Translations under genes and position numbers: made by a program | Origin: Octopus bimaculoides | Lineage: Eukaryota | Direction: 5' to 3' | Assembly (NCBI RefSeq): GCF_001194135.2 | Contig: NC_068981.1 | Coordinates: 180,840,339 to 180,904,338 of the forward strand | DNA length: 64,000 bases | Shown here: piece after piece, positions 61,924 through 64,000 of the stretch | Layout: every line of letters begins with the position of its first letter | Numbering within the stretch: the first letter of the stretch is position 1 | Notes under the pieces: generated by a model | The model's input: the letters and a program-made list of their open reading frames with translations, nothing else | Database searches by the model: none | Told to the model about the DNA's origin: nothing

Positions 61924-62559
61924 CATACACACACACATATATATACATATATAGTTGTCAAAAACTTGATGACTGCGTAAAGCATGAACATACTAGTTTA
62001 TTTCAATAATGTAAAATTGTAAATCTTGTAAATAATAAAACGTGGAACTCAGACTAAGTTGGGATTTCATTGATTAATCTATACATATATATACACACAC
62101 ACATACAACTAGGAAAGAGAACTAAAACATCTCCATTGGATAAATGTTAATTAATCTTTAACCTCTCAGACAAGATCACATTTCCAAATGCAGGAAATAC
62201 AAATATTTTATTTAGTAATTACTGGTGCATTAACTTTGTCTGGTGCTATACTGCATATCAGGATATATCTTAGATTTTTAATGAATACTATATATAGACT
62301 GATGTATACACTTTGTCTTTACACACAATAGCTTAGTGGACAGAAAAAATAGGGATCAACCAGGCTAGTTTCAATCTTGAATTGGGATTTCATCAGAGAC
62401 TGACAACCCTAGGTCAAATGACAAAAATACTGGGCCTTACATAAAATGTTTGCATAGCATTCACAACACGTATAGTAAAGACACCAACACTAGTTTGACA
62501 AGCACGAAGGAAAGCTTGCTAGCAAGTAAAGGCTGTAGAAACTTATGCAATGAATTATT

Positions 62560-63330
62560 AACAGACTAAAGCATATGAAAACCAGAAACTGCCAGCTCTT
62601 CAGGATATATGAATATTTTTAAAGCAACAAAAGCAATCTATTATCTCAGTAAAGCAGACCCATCACCTCCCAAAATCACACAAAACTTATAAAAGAACAA
62701 GCAACTATGAATAATTGGTGGTAACAACATTTCAAAGACTTGTTTAATCCTGACTGTGCAGCTAACAATAGATCTCTGGACAATACTGAACCAAGACCAA
62801 TGACAATTCAGATTCACTAACTGACATTGCAGAAACTAAAAAAGGCAATTGATTCCCTTAAAAAACAAGGCACTCATGTCTCATGGAATTCTAGTTAAGA
62901 TATATAAATTTAGGACTGAAGCACTACCAACAAAGCTTCATGCACTACTAATCTGGATGCCAGATGAGATACCAATTGACTTTGGAGATGCAACCATTAT
63001 TAGCATCTTTAAAAGGGAAACAAATCAGATTATGGAATCTACAAAAGAATCTTACTTTAGTCCAATGCTGGAAAAATTCTGGCTAGAATCCTGCTCAACT
63101 AACATATCCCATCAAAGTCTTAGTTTGATTGCACAACTTTTTAGACACAGCATCGTTATGATTTTCTGTGCTTGCTAGTTAAAAGGGAAATGCAGTGAGC
63201 AGGACAAACCATCGTAATTATACATGACTTTCTTTCACCAAGCCCTGTGGAAGAGCTAACAAAACTTGGCTGCCAACAAAAGTTTGATATGATCACACTA
63301 CTTTTGCATGTTATACATGAAGCCTAATGT
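62560..63330 (+). mobile_element. old degenerate RTE/BovB-like LINE (linker to RT start)
   Basis: IYKF..LPTKLHALLIW..IP.DFGDATIISIFK, matching the RTE pre-RT L..KLH.L..IW..P.DF.DA.I..IFK motif; many stops. Confidence 0.6.
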
Positions 63331-63338
63331 GTAATGGC

Positions 63339-63723
63339 GGCGCAATGGCCCAGTGGTTAGGGCAGCAGACTCGCGATCATAGGGTCACGGTTTCGATTCC
63401 CAGACCGGGCGTTGTGAGTGTTTATTGAGCGAAAACACCTAAAGCTCCATGAGGCTCCGGCAGGGGATGGTGGCAAACCCTGCTGTACTCTTTCACCACA
63501 ACTTTCTCTCACTCTTTCTTCCTGTTTCTGTTGTGCCTGTAATTCAAAGGGTCAGCCTTGTCACACTGTGTCACGCTGAATATCCCTGAGAACTACGTTA
63601 AGGGTACATGTGTCTGTGGAGTGCTCAGCCACTTGCACGTTAATTTCATGAGCAGGCTATTCCGTTGATCGGATCAACTGGAACCCTCGACGTCGTAAGC
63701 GACGGAGTGCCAACAACAACAAC
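63339..63723 (+). mobile_element. SINE family A, full length, (AAC)4 tail
   Basis: GGCGCAATGGCCCAGTGG..GGTTTCGATTCCC head; 3' hairpins GTTGATCGGATCAAC and CGTCG-TAAG-CGACG before the tail. Confidence 0.9.
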
Positions 63724-63954
63724 TCTGGTGTTAGAACTCATTATACGAAGTGTCACTCAAGTGGTAATAAGAAAATGAGATGACAAAGGAATAAATAATT
63801 ACTTTATGAACTTCATTAGCTTACAGCCATTTCTGCTATAAGTTGCAATGGACTCATAGTCGAGTTTGAAGCTCTGATGATGCTATAAGGTGATACTGAG
63901 GCACTCAACAATAAGGCTTACATACATATATATACATTATATATATATGCATGC

Positions 63955-64000
<46 letters not shown>

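Noticed and set aside
63339-63410. SINE heads (families A, B, D) as tRNA genes
   Set aside because: They continue into shared SINE bodies and tails and have broken acceptor stems.
1-64000. CRISPR array, rRNA or prokaryotic system
   Set aside because: No regularly spaced repeat-spacer array, no rRNA motifs, no operon-like ORF density; the sequence is eukaryotic.

Overview
AT-rich, CpG-poor animal DNA, dense in microsatellites and SINEs, with about 10 large N-gaps. The repeat families look like octopus/coleoid SINEs and RTE LINEs (inference; the gap pattern suggests a short-read draft assembly). The only host gene I can support is the 5' part of crumbs (crb) on the minus strand. Coding exon 1 is 36983-36959 (MAVITFLR/W), exon 2 is 34600-34025 (rest of signal peptide plus N-terminal laminin-G-like domain) and exon 3 is 1049-921 (first EGF repeat). 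All junctions are GT-AG and phase 1, and intron 2 is about 33 kb. That intron holds a candidate alternative signal-peptide first exon (12117-12060) that would give a LamG-less Crumbs. The rest is transposon debris: tRNA-derived SINEs, RTE, CR1/L2, CRE-clade and Penelope-like retroelement fragments, mariner/Tc1 relics, and hAT-type and other MITEs (two families carry TTAGGG-like arrays). Less expected signals: (i) at least 8 minimal type-I hammerhead-ribozyme-like motifs from several unrelated repeat families, including a covarying pair, a 386-nt unit with terminal redundancy (retrozyme-like) and a copy starting exactly at a predicted cleavage site; (ii) a family of complete tRNA-like cloverleaves with shared flanks and compensatory stem changes; (iii) a 5'-truncated tRNA-Glu sitting just ahead of a SINE. 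No CRISPR array or rRNA. All homology statements come from motif recognition by eye, not database searches.
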